Source: Clostridia bacterium | Lineage (GTDB): Bacteria > Bacillota > Clostridia > TANB77 > CAG-508 | DNA: 64,000 nt | Direction of reading: 5' to 3' | NCBI GenBank assembly: GCA_017409455.1 | Contig: JAFQSS010000021.1 | Coordinates: forward strand, 45,673 to 109,672 | Part shown: piece by piece, positions 48,695 through 60,842 of the stretch | How the letters are laid out: each line of letters opens with the position of its first letter | How positions within the stretch are numbered: the stretch's first letter is position 1 | Notes under the pieces: generated by a model | Database searches by the model: none | Seen by the model: only the letters and a program-made list of their open reading frames with translations | Told to the model about the DNA's origin: nothing | Translations under genes and position numbers: made by a program

Positions 48695-49489
48695 TTAAAA
48701 TTTTAATTCTCTGATGTTTAGAATATCAATTCCCATCTTTTTATAAACATCATCTACTGTACAAGATACTGTGTCTTTTATAGAATAACCTAGTAAATTT
48801 AAAATTCCATTTATATCTTCTTCCCCTTCTCCTTCTATTTCCATATAAGTAGGAATGCCTGGCCATGTATCTATATCTATCACGTGATTTTTCAATATAT
48901 ACGATATTCTCTTTTTCTCTTGATAACTTTTATATGAAAAACCAAGCGCTTTCAAAAACTCTCTTGCTGCTTCCATAGACGGAACCACCATTTCTGTTTC
49001 TAACATTTGCTGAATATTACTTCCATCATCTGCTAATATATGTTTTACTGTTAGTGTTGTTTTTTTGTTTGTTTTTCTTAATCTAATCCATTTCTTTGAG
49101 TTGTTATGAAACTTTTGAAGAAAATCTTTCAATTCTTTTTTATTTAATGTTTTTAACACTACTTGTTTTTCTAATTCTAATAAATTTGTTAAATTATCTA
49201 CATTTATTATTTCTTTTAATTGTTCTTTTTCTTCTTTTGTTAATAAATTATCTATTTCCCAAAATAATAATTCTAATTTAGAGAATGCAACATCTTGTTT
49301 AATTTCACTTTCAGGATTTTTTAGTTGAATTAATATGTCTAGATATCTTCCATATATTGTTGGTAAATCATATGTATATAAATATTGTGTACTTTTTTCT
49401 ACAAATGTCCCACCTAATTCTTCTATTTTTTGTATAATATTATTTTCATTTATATTTAATACTTTAACTTCTAATTCCATTCTTGACAT
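48695..49489 (-). CDS. CYTH-like domain protein
   Basis: N-terminus MELEVKVLNI... resembles the ExExK start of CYTH triphosphate tunnel enzymes. Confidence 0.45.
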   Translation of the reverse strand: MSRMELEVKVLNINENNIIQKIEELGGTFVEKSTQYLYTYDLPTIYGRYLDILIQLKNPESEIKQDVAFSKLELLFWEIDNLLTKEEKEQLKEIINVDNLTNLLELEKQVVLKTLNKKELKDFLQKFHNNSKKWIRLRKTNKKTTLTVKHILADDGSNIQQMLETEMVVPSMEAAREFLKALGFSYKSYQEKKRISYILKNHVIDIDTWPGIPTYMEIEGEGEEDINGILNLLGYSIKDTVSCTVDDVYKKMGIDILNIRELKF

Positions 49490-49518
49490 ATTAGATTCCT
49501 CCTTTTACAGTTACATGT

Positions 49519-50082
49519 TCATTTTAACAATAATTTCGCCGCTTCATATTGTTGGTTAACTAATGTTTTTCCTTTTAGAGATAATTTATTATAACTTCTA
49601 TTTAATTTTTCCATAACAAATTCTGCACCTTCATCTATTGACAATTTCTTTTCTTTATATACCATACTTAAAAGTGATGGTATACTATAAAAGTGTGCCA
49701 TTGCATCTGAATCAGCAATGCATATTTCTTCAGGAGAATTTTTATCCATTAATTTACTTCCTCTATGGTTTAAAATACATTTTTTTATTAAATCAATTTT
49801 GCCTTTTGGATAATTTTCTTTTATAAGTAATTGTTCAGCAATTTTAGCTCCAATAATATGATGTTCTTCTGTATAATCTTTATTTGTAACACTTGCTATA
49901 TCGTGCAGTAAGGCTGCAATTGCTACTACTTCTTCATCAGCGCCATAATTCTGCGCATTGTCTTTAGCCAATTCATATACAAGTTTTATGTGATGGTCCC
50001 ATGCTCCTATCCCATAACTATTGTTTGGACTTAAACATCTATTTTTTACTTCTTCATATATCTTGCTTTCAATTGAATTCAT
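49519..50082 (-). CDS. HD-domain phosphohydrolase
   Basis: H..AALLHDIAS HD motif. Confidence 0.75.
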   Translation of the reverse strand: MNSIESKIYEEVKNRCLSPNNSYGIGAWDHHIKLVYELAKDNAQNYGADEEVVAIAALLHDIASVTNKDYTEEHHIIGAKIAEQLLIKENYPKGKIDLIKKCILNHRGSKLMDKNSPEEICIADSDAMAHFYSIPSLLSMVYKEKKLSIDEGAEFVMEKLNRSYNKLSLKGKTLVNQQYEAAKLLLK

Positions 50083-50124
50083 AATTTATCTCCTAATTCT
50101 TTTAAAAAGTGTCTTAATTCTTCT

Positions 50125-50238
50125 TCATTTAAAAATATTTTTTCGAATATTATATTCATCAAATATATCACATATTTTTAATATATTGTCTTTATTTCTT
50201 GTTCTCCCTGCTATAAAAAATTCATAAATATTATTCAT
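50125..50238 (-). CDS. Possible small ORF (37 aa) with a strong RBS, not in the ORF track
   Basis: GAGGAGGAAAATTT followed by ATG at 50238. MNNIYEFFIAGRTRNKDNILKICDIFDEYNIRKNIFK. Could be a remnant of a larger gene. Confidence 0.25.
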   Translation of the reverse strand: MNNIYEFFIAGRTRNKDNILKICDIFDEYNIRKNIFK

Positions 50239-50254
50239 AAATTTTCCTCCTCTT

Positions 50255-50345
50255 CGTTTATATTTTTGAGCAACTTTACTTAAGTTCTAGCACCGATACA
50301 CACTCCACGTGCTAAGAAGCCCCATCGATGACAGGTAGTTTTTAC
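50255..50345 (-). other. Leader element A, homologous to the element at 51520..51650
   Basis: Shares TAGCAC..ACACTCCAC.TG...CCA..TGA.AGGT.TTTTT and the downstream ...GCTCAAAAATATAAACGAA... with the second copy. Both lie 30-90 nt upstream of an RBS on the minus strand. Confidence 0.35.
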
Positions 50346-50420
50346 CTAGAGTGTTTATTGTTGACATGTGTTTTTATTTAAAAATTTATGAACTAAATTT
50401 TCTCCTCTTTTGTAATTTCA

Positions 50421-51452
50421 TTATTTAATTTTATTATAAACTTCTTCAATTACTTTTGTATTAATTCCCAATATTACAGAATACACTAAATATTCTTCCC
50501 ATAGTATTAATTGTTCTTTCGTTTTTTCTTCAATTTTACTAAAATCAACTAGGTATTTTCTTAAACCTTCTAATTTCAAATTTATCATTTTGCCCTCATC
50601 ATTTCGAATATAAGGGTCCAATGTGTTTAGCATTTTATAATGACTGATATATACAATTGTAGAATATGGCATAAATACTAAAAATGCAAAAAGTATCATT
50701 AATAAAATAAAGCCTAAAATCATTGTAGCACTATCGCTAGCTATTACCAAAAAGTTTGGTATCATCGAAAAAACTATCAAAACAAACAAATATATTATTA
50801 TGTTTATAATTATTCTCCTTTTTATGTTTTTCTTTACTCCTTGTTTTTCTTGTAATAATCCTTTTTTTAATGCATCGTTTCTTACAATACTTGCATATTC
50901 TAATATATTTATATCTTTTAAATTGTTTTCTTTTACTTTATTTAATATATATATTTCATTTTCTTCCAAATTCTCTATTGTGTCATCTAACAATACAATG
51001 CTATCATCTTTTATCTTTATTTTACCTTTTAGCTCTAACATCAAAAGCGTAGCAACTATATCTTCCTTATTTATTTTAAAGTCATCTACATAGCTTAAAA
51101 CTGCTGGTGAATATTTAGGAAGTATATCTCTATAATAATTATCATTTTTTAAGTCTACTTTTTCAATTCTTTCTTTGTTGTATTTTTTATTTGCTATTTT
51201 TATTCCAAAATATATAATAGTTAAATAAAAAACTCTAAACATGCTAAAAATTGCACTTACTAAAATAACAAAAAATATAGATAATACAATTGTTATATAT
51301 TGTGGTGCTGTTATCTCTTGAAAGTTTATAATTTGAAAGTCTGATATGTTGATGTTTTTTAAACCACCATTATATAGCTCTATAAACGTCATAATAATTA
51401 TTATAGACCAAAATACTAAGTCTAATATTTGATTAAATTTTATTTTTTTCAT
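50421..51452 (-). CDS. Polytopic membrane hypothetical protein
   Basis: 343 aa with N- and C-terminal TM clusters around a soluble domain. Confidence 0.55.
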   Translation of the reverse strand: MKKIKFNQILDLVFWSIIIIMTFIELYNGGLKNINISDFQIINFQEITAPQYITIVLSIFFVILVSAIFSMFRVFYLTIIYFGIKIANKKYNKERIEKVDLKNDNYYRDILPKYSPAVLSYVDDFKINKEDIVATLLMLELKGKIKIKDDSIVLLDDTIENLEENEIYILNKVKENNLKDINILEYASIVRNDALKKGLLQEKQGVKKNIKRRIIINIIIYLFVLIVFSMIPNFLVIASDSATMILGFILLMILFAFLVFMPYSTIVYISHYKMLNTLDPYIRNDEGKMINLKLEGLRKYLVDFSKIEEKTKEQLILWEEYLVYSVILGINTKVIEEVYNKIK

Positions 51453-51519
51453 AAATTTTACTCCTATTAATGTAAAAAATTATAATATTTCATTTGCTTT
51501 TTGATTAGTTGAAACTCTC

Positions 51520-51650
51520 TATGTCAATTTTCGCTTATATTTGAGTGTTTTGCTTCAATCTTAGCACGGAGCAACACTCCACATGACCTACATATCCACT
51601 GTTGATAGGTTTTTGGTAGCTGGTATAGTCACTATTGATTGGTCGCATTG
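51520..51650 (-). other. Leader element B, homologous to the element at 50255..50345
   Basis: See element A. It contains CTTAGCACGGAGCAACACTCCACATGACC. Confidence 0.35.
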
Positions 51651-51656
51651 ACTGTT

Positions 51657-52448
51657 CTATTTCCCACGATATTCTTTTTCAATAAAAACTATAAAAGATG
51701 GAACACTTCCTAATAAATACATTAAATCATGTATTACTAAAAAAGCCTCTTCTTCACTTCCATATGAATAATAATCACTCATTTGTCCTTTTAAAAATTC
51801 TCCATTTTCGTTTAATAGAAAATCTAATATAAACTCATTTTGTTCTTCTGTCTTCTTTAGGTATTGTTTTGCCTTTTTATAATCTCCTTTTTTAAAATAC
51901 ATAATTGCCATTGGAAATAACATAAAGGCAGAATCCTCATTATATTTTTTATATAGTTTTTCACATTGTTCAAATTTTTCTAATGCGCAATATAAGCCTA
52001 TTAAAATATATCGAATTCCTGTATTATCACTATTACATAATTGTAATAACTCTTCACATTCCTTTATTGCTTCTGAATATCTTCCTAACTCCAATAAAGT
52101 TATTGTTTTATTATGTCTTGCTCTCATATATGGTCTTGTTTCAAGAATCAACCAAAAATCTCCTATATTTTCTTTATTAAACATATTTTGCTCTTCTAAA
52201 AGTTTAGTCGCTCTCTCTATAATGCTATCATATTTTTTTAATTTTTTAATTGGATTTTCTTCATATTCTGCAATTAAATTTTCCGCGTCAATATTATCAG
52301 AATAAATATCTAATGCCTGTTTTGCTAATTTTAATGCTTTGTTTTTAGAAGTTGCTTCTAATGCTTCTTCTAACAATTCGTCAGATTTAAATTTTGGACT
52401 ATTAAAATATTTATATTCATCTAAATCAATTACTTTATTTTTACTCAT
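51657..52448 (-). CDS. TPR-like helical repeat hypothetical protein
   Basis: 263 aa with predicted helical repeats (AIKECEELLQLCNSDNTGIRYILIGLY..., YKKAKQYLKK). Confidence 0.5.
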   Translation of the reverse strand: MSKNKVIDLDEYKYFNSPKFKSDELLEEALEATSKNKALKLAKQALDIYSDNIDAENLIAEYEENPIKKLKKYDSIIERATKLLEEQNMFNKENIGDFWLILETRPYMRARHNKTITLLELGRYSEAIKECEELLQLCNSDNTGIRYILIGLYCALEKFEQCEKLYKKYNEDSAFMLFPMAIMYFKKGDYKKAKQYLKKTEEQNEFILDFLLNENGEFLKGQMSDYYSYGSEEEAFLVIHDLMYLLGSVPSFIVFIEKEYRGK

Positions 52449-52481
52449 ACAAACTCTCCTATCACTTATTACCTTCTTTAG

Positions 52482-53492
52482 TTAATTCTTTTTTACATAG
52501 TTTTCTAAATTTAATTCTTTCTTAAATTCTTCTTCTGTTGGTAAATATAATTTGTATTTTGAAGCAAATATTTGATTATTATCTTCTGGCAAAGTATATT
52601 TTACAACTTGGTCACTTTTATCTGCACAAAGTACAATTCCAATTGGTGGATTATCTCCTTCATTCATCATTTCTCTTGTATAGTAATTAACATGCATTTG
52701 CATTTGACCTATATCTTGGTGTGTTAAATCTCCTAATTTTAAGTCTATTATTACAAAACATTTTAATATATAGTTATAAAATACTAAATCTATAAAGAAA
52801 TGTCTTCCATCAAATGTTATTTTTTGTTGTCTTGCTACAAAAGAAAATCCTCTTCCTAATTCTAATAAAAACTTTTGTAAGTGGTCTATTATTGCTTGTT
52901 CCAAATCTTTTTCATAGAAACTTGTTTTTCCTTCTAATCCTAAAAATTCTAGCACATAAGGATCTCTTATTATATTCTTAGGTTCTACTTTTTCTGGTAA
53001 TCCATTTTCATTTGCTACCGCTTCCTTATCTTGACTTGCTAATAATCTTTCATAATAGAATGTTCCTATTTGTCTTTCTAATTGCCTTACACTCCATCCA
53101 GATTTAACACATTCTTCTACATAAAAACTTCTTATTTTTTCATTTTCCACTCTCATTAACAATCTGTAATGTGACCAACTTAATTCGTCACACAGTGTGT
53201 GGCGATTTGGAAAAGCACGATAAAATTGTCTCATATACTTTAAATTTGTAACTGTAAAACCTTTTCCAAATTCATTAGTTAATTGCTCTGATAAATATTC
53301 TAATAGTTTCTTACCGTATTCCGCTCTATCATTTTCTCCACATGCTTTATGTATTTCTTGTCCTATTTCCCAATATGCTTGTACCATTGCTGAATTTACT
53401 ACTGTATATACTTTTGCTTGTGCTGTTAGTACACTATTTCTAATTATTTTGTATGATTCTTCTGGTTGTATTGTTATTTGATTATCTTCCAT
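52482..53492 (-). CDS. YhcG-like PD-(D/E)XK nuclease (DUF1016)
   Basis: N-terminal DUF1016-like region and a C-terminal ...IDLVFYN..L.CFVIIDLKLG... PD-(D/E)XK core. Confidence 0.65.
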   Translation of the reverse strand: MEDNQITIQPEESYKIIRNSVLTAQAKVYTVVNSAMVQAYWEIGQEIHKACGENDRAEYGKKLLEYLSEQLTNEFGKGFTVTNLKYMRQFYRAFPNRHTLCDELSWSHYRLLMRVENEKIRSFYVEECVKSGWSVRQLERQIGTFYYERLLASQDKEAVANENGLPEKVEPKNIIRDPYVLEFLGLEGKTSFYEKDLEQAIIDHLQKFLLELGRGFSFVARQQKITFDGRHFFIDLVFYNYILKCFVIIDLKLGDLTHQDIGQMQMHVNYYTREMMNEGDNPPIGIVLCADKSDQVVKYTLPEDNNQIFASKYKLYLPTEEEFKKELNLENYVKKN

Positions 53493-53503
53493 AGATATCC
53501 TCC

Positions 53504-54199
53504 TTATTTTACCAATTCTTTAAATTCTTCAAATTGTTTAATTATATTTATAGGAATAGCATAACCTATACCTAAATTCAAATTATTTTGCATTTCCTTA
53601 ATTAGTTGTTGCATCGTTTTTATTGGGTCTATACCTCCAATTGAAACCATAACTCCTCCGGACTTTGCATTCTGTACTTGCTTTAAAAAATTTGAAAGTG
53701 AACCATGTTTTGCATTAATCACTCCAACTAATTCTCCTTTTGCATTAAATAGTGGTCCACCTGAATTTCCATGATTTACAGAACAATCTATTCTTATTAG
53801 TTCTATGTTACCTTCATTTTCAAATCCTGCTATGTTAGCAGATAATGCCGTAATTTTATCTATATTATTAGGGAATCCAACTACAAAAGCCTCATTTCCT
53901 ATTTTAACCGTATTAGAATCTTTTAATCCAACAGGTGGACCTATCTTCTGTGGAAATTCTATAATAGCTATGTCTATATCTCTATTAATCATTTTAACTT
54001 GACCTATAAAACCATTGTTTTCTCCTGAAAATCTCGCTACAATTTTCGTATTATCCACTATACAATGTCCACATGTTATTACTATATTTCCATCTCCAAT
54101 TATTGTTCCTGTTCCAGATGATATTGGAGTAGTATCTACGCATGCTAATACATTAACTACAGAATCCTTTACTTTTTCATAACTACTAGAAAAATCCAT
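53504..54199 (-). CDS. Trypsin-like serine protease (S1 family)
   Basis: TCGHC (His region), DIAIIEF (Asp) and GNSGGPLF (Ser) catalytic motifs. Confidence 0.8.
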   Translation of the reverse strand: MDFSSSYEKVKDSVVNVLACVDTTPISSGTGTIIGDGNIVITCGHCIVDNTKIVARFSGENNGFIGQVKMINRDIDIAIIEFPQKIGPPVGLKDSNTVKIGNEAFVVGFPNNIDKITALSANIAGFENEGNIELIRIDCSVNHGNSGGPLFNAKGELVGVINAKHGSLSNFLKQVQNAKSGGVMVSIGGIDPIKTMQQLIKEMQNNLNLGIGYAIPINIIKQFEEFKELVK

Positions 54200-54529
54200 A
54201 TATTAACATCTCCTTTTATTGTGAATTTTTACATATCTTATCACAAAAAACTAAAAAAAGAAAGCCTTTTGACAAAGACTTCCAATTTAAGTTTTACCTC
54301 TAAACATTTTTTAATTTATAGTGCTTCATTATTATATTAAACACAATCTAATATAGGTATTTTAGGTTAGGGTAAATACCAGTTTTTTATTATTTTTTTG
54401 ACCCATCAACCATTTACCAGGTTGTGTTTTTTATCTACAATTTTTGTTAATTTAGAGCTTATTTTTAATATATTTATAGGTTATTTTTTAATATAGTTGA
54501 CATGTCTTGAAACGTTGATATTTATGGAT

Positions 54530-55894
54530 TTATATAAGTTTTAGAACCGCAACGCACTCAACATGGCTCGTAAACGGAAACATATCAACCGGAATAATAT
54601 CTTTAATCTCATATTGTTGCTCGAATTCTGCTAAATCTCTAACTAGGGTAGCTGGATTACAACTAATATAAACAATCTTTTTAGGCTTAATCTTTAAAAT
54701 ATTATTTATACTGTTTTTATCTAATCCTTTACGAGGAGGATCAAACATAACAATATCAGCTTTTACACCATTTTTATTTATAAGTTCATCTAATACAACT
54801 TCAACATCCCCTGCATAAAATTCTGTATTGGTAACTCCATTTAATTTAGCATTTTCATTTGCCGCATCAACAGCTTCTTTAACAATTTCAATTCCATATA
54901 CTTTTTTCGCACATTTTGCCATAAATAAGGAAATTGTACCAATCCCACAATACAAATCAAATACTGTATCTTCTTTTGAAATTTGAGCGATTTCAACGCC
55001 AATATTATATAATTTTTCTGCTTGCAGTGGATTTACTTGGTAGAAAGATAATGGTGATATTTTAAATAAAAATTCTCCTAACTTATCTTCTATATACCCA
55101 TCTCCATAAATATTAATATTCTCTAGTCCTAATATAACATTTGTGTTTTTCATGTTGATATTTTTTACAACAGTTTTTATTTGTGGAAATTTCGTAACCA
55201 ATTTTTGTAGTAATTCTGCTTCTTTTGGTATTGATTTACCGTTTACAACTAACACACACATTATTTGATTTGTTTTTATTCCAACTTTAATTACAATATG
55301 TCTAAATAAGCCTTTTCCTGTTTTTTCGTTATATATACTTATATTATTTTGTTTTATAAATTCTAATATATATTTTGCAATTTCTTCAGATTGTGGATTT
55401 TGAATCAAACATTTTTCCATTTGAATTACTTCATGTGTTCTATTTGCAAATACGCCTATTACTGGTTTTCCTTCTTTGTTTATTCCTAATGGATATTGTG
55501 CTTTATTTCTATAATGAAATGGATTTTCCATTCCAACTGTTTCTTTTACTTGTATCTTATTTTTCAATGTTTTATTTACTAAACTTTGAACTGCATTTTG
55601 CTTCATTTTTAATGTTTCTTTATATTGAATATGTCTTAAACTACATCCTCCACATCTTTTATATGTAGTACAATCTGCATCTTGTCTAGTTTCTGCAATA
55701 TCGATAATTTCTAATATCTTTCCAAATGCATGGGATGATAGTACTTTTACAATTAAAATTTTTACTTTTTCTCCTTTAATTGCTCCTGGAATAAATATTG
55801 TAAAATTATCTATTTTTGCAATTCCTTCTCCTTCATACCCATTATCTATTATTTCTACTATATACTCATGATTTTTTTGAATTATGTTTTCCAT
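54530..55894 (-). CDS. rlmD: 23S rRNA (uracil-5-)-methyltransferase RlmD/RumA with TRAM domain and Fe-S cluster cysteines
   Basis: Start MENIIQKNHEY at 55894 after AAGGAGAA. TRAM domain, CGGCSLRH cysteine cluster and a C-terminal methyltransferase with CNPATL. Confidence 0.85.
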   Translation of the reverse strand: MENIIQKNHEYIVEIIDNGYEGEGIAKIDNFTIFIPGAIKGEKVKILIVKVLSSHAFGKILEIIDIAETRQDADCTTYKRCGGCSLRHIQYKETLKMKQNAVQSLVNKTLKNKIQVKETVGMENPFHYRNKAQYPLGINKEGKPVIGVFANRTHEVIQMEKCLIQNPQSEEIAKYILEFIKQNNISIYNEKTGKGLFRHIVIKVGIKTNQIMCVLVVNGKSIPKEAELLQKLVTKFPQIKTVVKNINMKNTNVILGLENINIYGDGYIEDKLGEFLFKISPLSFYQVNPLQAEKLYNIGVEIAQISKEDTVFDLYCGIGTISLFMAKCAKKVYGIEIVKEAVDAANENAKLNGVTNTEFYAGDVEVVLDELINKNGVKADIVMFDPPRKGLDKNSINNILKIKPKKIVYISCNPATLVRDLAEFEQQYEIKDIIPVDMFPFTSHVECVAVLKLI

Positions 55895-56061
55895 TAAATT
55901 TATTCTCCTTCGCATCTATTTTATCACGAATGTTGCATATTTTCAACAAATTTTGAACTGTTAATTTGATTGAATTAACAGTAAATTTTTTAATATTTTT
56001 TTATCAAAAACATTGACTTTATATTTTAAATATGTTAATATATACATTGTCTATTAAATAT

Positions 56062-56145
56062 GCGGATGTGGCGGAACTGGCAGACGCGCTGGTCTTAGGA
56101 ACCAGTACCAACGGTGTGGAGGTTCAAGTCCTCTCATCCGCACCA
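56062..56145 (+). tRNA. tRNA-Leu (anticodon UAG), type II with a long variable arm and encoded CCA
   Basis: GCGGATG acceptor stem, anticodon stem-loop CTGGT-CTTAGGA-ACCAG, long variable arm, T-arm GGTTCAAGTCC and 3' CATCCGC-A-CCA. Confidence 0.9.
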
Positions 56146-56218
56146 AAAGATTAAATCGTCGCACCAGACGATAACCAAGAAATCAACTGTAAAAGGTTGA
56201 TTTTTTTGTTACCTTTTA

Positions 56219-56524
56219 TTGAAAAAGAAGGGATGGTGTGATATGATAAGTATCGTAAAGAAGAAAAACAAGATAAGCAGAGATTTACTCTCTAAGATTG
56301 AATGGGCTTGCCGTTTGAATTCTATAAAATTTGAACACCAAATGATATTAGAAGGTTGTTTGAGAGTTATAGAACACACAAACTTGGCGTATGTAGAGCC
56401 ACATAGAGTAATTATTAAGAATAATTTATATTTATTCTTTAATGAACATGATTACTTTTATGTGGGAGATTTAAGGACTAAATATCCTTTATCTAAACTA
56501 CAAGAATACATAGCAAGGCATTAA
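56219..56524 (+). CDS. Hypothetical protein (first gene of the island)
   Basis: 101-aa ORF with a TTG start after AAAGG. Confidence 0.4.
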   Translation: MKKKGWCDMISIVKKKNKISRDLLSKIEWACRLNSIKFEHQMILEGCLRVIEHTNLAYVEPHRVIIKNNLYLFFNEHDYFYVGDLRTKYPLSKLQEYIARH

Positions 56525-56596
56525 TTTTAGAGTTTTTAGAATTGCTTTTAATATAGAATATAAAACTTTAAAAAGTGCCAATAGTTATGTGATTAG

Positions 56597-58460
<1,864 letters not shown>

Positions 58461-58606
58461 AAAATAATAGGAAAAATTTATGCTTAAAATGATTTTCATA
58501 CTCCTACTGGAATCCTAACAAGCACTGAATTTTTCCTCCCTAGTCAAAATTCGAATTATGGGACTTAGTCCCAAACCCTATATAAAAAATGAAAGGAAGA
58601 TGAACT

Positions 58607-58939
58607 ATGATATTAAAAAATAATAGTGAAAAAGTAAAAATTTTAGTAAGATATTTTGAAACTTTAAGTATAGAAAATCAATTAAAATTATTTATAATTG
58701 TTTTAGAAAGTGACATGATAAAATTAAAAATTGACAAAGAAAATTTGATTGAACTTTTAAAAAATTTCTTATGTATTTTTGATAAGAACTATAACAAAAA
58801 TAGAATGGTAACTTTAGAATTTAATATGGATGTTTTTATATTATCCAAAGTTATGGAGATGAATGAAACAGAAAAAGAAAGTTTTGTTTTTGAATTATTT
58901 TATAATATTTATTGTATCATTTTACAAAAAAATAAATAA
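58607..58939 (+). CDS. Hypothetical protein
   Basis: 110-aa ORF with an AAAGGAAG RBS. Confidence 0.45.
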   Translation: MILKNNSEKVKILVRYFETLSIENQLKLFIIVLESDMIKLKIDKENLIELLKNFLCIFDKNYNKNRMVTLEFNMDVFILSKVMEMNETEKESFVFELFYNIYCIILQKNK

Positions 58940-59046
58940 AAAATATATAAATAATAGAAAATAAAAAATATATAAATAATAGAAAATACTTGACAATAAC
59001 AAACAAATGTTTTAAACTATATGTAGTTATAAAAGGATGTGAAATT

Positions 59047-59952
59047 ATGGAAAATGAAATAAATAGTTTGGTAGTTCAAGATAACATATCAAATGAAGAA
59101 ATAAAGAATTTAATATATACTATAAGAGGAAAACAAGTAATGTTAGATAGTGATGTTGCAATGTTATATCATTACACAACTAAAAATATAAATAAAGCAG
59201 TAAAGAGAAATATAGATAGATTTCCTGAAGATTTTTGTTTTCAATTAACTGAAAGCGAATTTCAAGATTTAAGGTTCCAATTTGGAACCTTAAATAGAAA
59301 AGTTAATAATGGAGATGTAACAAGAAAATATCTACCATATGTGTTTACTGAGCAAGGAATATCAATGTTGTCTGGAGTTTTGAAAAATGAAATTGCTGTA
59401 AAAGTTAGTATTAGTATCATAAGAGCCTTTGTAGAAATGAGAAAGTTTATATCTTCAAATGGACAATTATTTGAAAGATTAACTAATGTAGAATATAAAT
59501 TATTAGAACACGATAAGAAATTCGATAAAGTATTTGACCAGTTACAAAATGAAGAAAATATTAAACAAAAAATATTCTTTGAAGGTCAAATATATGATGC
59601 ATACAGTTTAATAATTGATATTATAAAAAAAACAACTAAAAAGATTTTAATAATAGATAATTATATAGATGATAGTGTTTTAAAAATGCTTACTAAAAAG
59701 AACAAGAATGTAGAGGTTGTAATATTAACTTCTGATAAAAGCAATATACAAAAACTTGATATTCAAAAATTTAATAAAGAATATCCTCTCTTAAAAGTTG
59801 CTAAAACAAATAAATTTCATGATAGATTTATAGTAATAGATAATAAAGAAATGTATCATCTAGGTGCTTCCATTAAAGATTTAGGAAAAAAGTGTTTTGG
59901 TATTAACAAAATTGAAGATATAGAAATTATAAACAAGATTATAAATTTATAA
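59047..59952 (+). CDS. ORF6N/ORF6C domain protein (phage antirepressor-like)
   Basis: N-terminal ...IYTIRGKQVMLDSDVAMLYHYTTKNINKAVKRNIDRFPEDFCFQLT... ORF6N signature. Start at 59047. Confidence 0.7.
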   Translation: MENEINSLVVQDNISNEEIKNLIYTIRGKQVMLDSDVAMLYHYTTKNINKAVKRNIDRFPEDFCFQLTESEFQDLRFQFGTLNRKVNNGDVTRKYLPYVFTEQGISMLSGVLKNEIAVKVSISIIRAFVEMRKFISSNGQLFERLTNVEYKLLEHDKKFDKVFDQLQNEENIKQKIFFEGQIYDAYSLIIDIIKKTTKKILIIDNYIDDSVLKMLTKKNKNVEVVILTSDKSNIQKLDIQKFNKEYPLLKVAKTNKFHDRFIVIDNKEMYHLGASIKDLGKKCFGINKIEDIEIINKIINL

Positions 59953-60046
59953 AATTAAACCAAATTGAAATATTGCGAAAAATAAGAAAAAATGCTATAA
60001 TAGACATAATTACTTGCAAAAGTAAAATTTAATGGAGGTGTTTATT

Positions 60047-60400
60047 GTGAGCGAACAATGGAAAGTTTGTGCAGATTTTTGTCACGAGAACCGGAATTGT
60101 CACTATGCAAAAATTGTAGAAGAAAATGGAGAATATCCAGTTATTACTTTCCAAGCGAAAGAAAAAAATGGAAGTCCAGATTTAACAACAATGCATAATG
60201 TCAAGACAAGAGTTGATACAACATGTTTGTGTGTTTATTGCACACATCCAAGCTATCCAGAAGAGAAATTTATTGGAAGTGTTGAACCTTATTTTCCGTG
60301 CCCTGTGCCAAGCGATTGTCCTTTGCAGAAACAATGCGAATCTGCTACAGACAAAAAGCCGACTCTTTTAGAAAGAGTAAAAAGTTTTTTTATTAAGTAG
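60047..60400 (+). CDS. Cys-rich small hypothetical protein (GC-rich)
   Basis: ORF 60032..60400. A GTG at 60047 follows GGAGGTG. 12 Cys in about 117 aa (CADFCHENRNC..., CLCVYC, PCPVPSDCPLQKQC). Followed by the terminator GCGATGTGAA...TTCACATCGC plus a T run at about 60408-60455. Confidence 0.5.
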   Translation: MSEQWKVCADFCHENRNCHYAKIVEENGEYPVITFQAKEKNGSPDLTTMHNVKTRVDTTCLCVYCTHPSYPEEKFIGSVEPYFPCPVPSDCPLQKQCESATDKKPTLLERVKSFFIK

Positions 60401-60842
60401 CAAAACACCAGCGATGTGAATAAATTCTGAATTGAATTGTTCACATCGCATTTTTTTATAAATTAAGTATCTTTTTAGTATACATTTTATAAAACTTGTG
60501 CTAAAATATATTTACAGTTGATGAACGGAAATTTTTTTTGTGCTAAATGTGGGAGGATATGCAGAAAAAATGTGCTATTTTTTCGCAAATAAGTACCGCT
60601 AACGCACCAATAACGAATCTGTTCGAACTACAGATACAAAAATCAATCAGTAACCTGGTTGATTTTTTTGTTTGTGAAAATTTCATACTAAAAGAAATGA
60701 TTAATAGAATTTTAAAAACGGCAAATGCGCAGTTATCAAAGGCTTAGAACTAGTATAGACATTGACAAATCACCTCAATTTTGTTATAATAAAAAAATCA
60801 TAGCCAAGCCTGTGAAATAAATATGTAAAAGAGGAAAAAAAT

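Noticed and set aside
56146-56218. att site or direct repeat of the tRNA-Leu 3' end marking the island boundary
   Set aside because: I could not locate a second copy of the tRNA 3' terminal sequence downstream by eye. Serine recombinases do not necessarily target tRNA genes, so the tRNA adjacency may be coincidental. Needs a computational repeat search.
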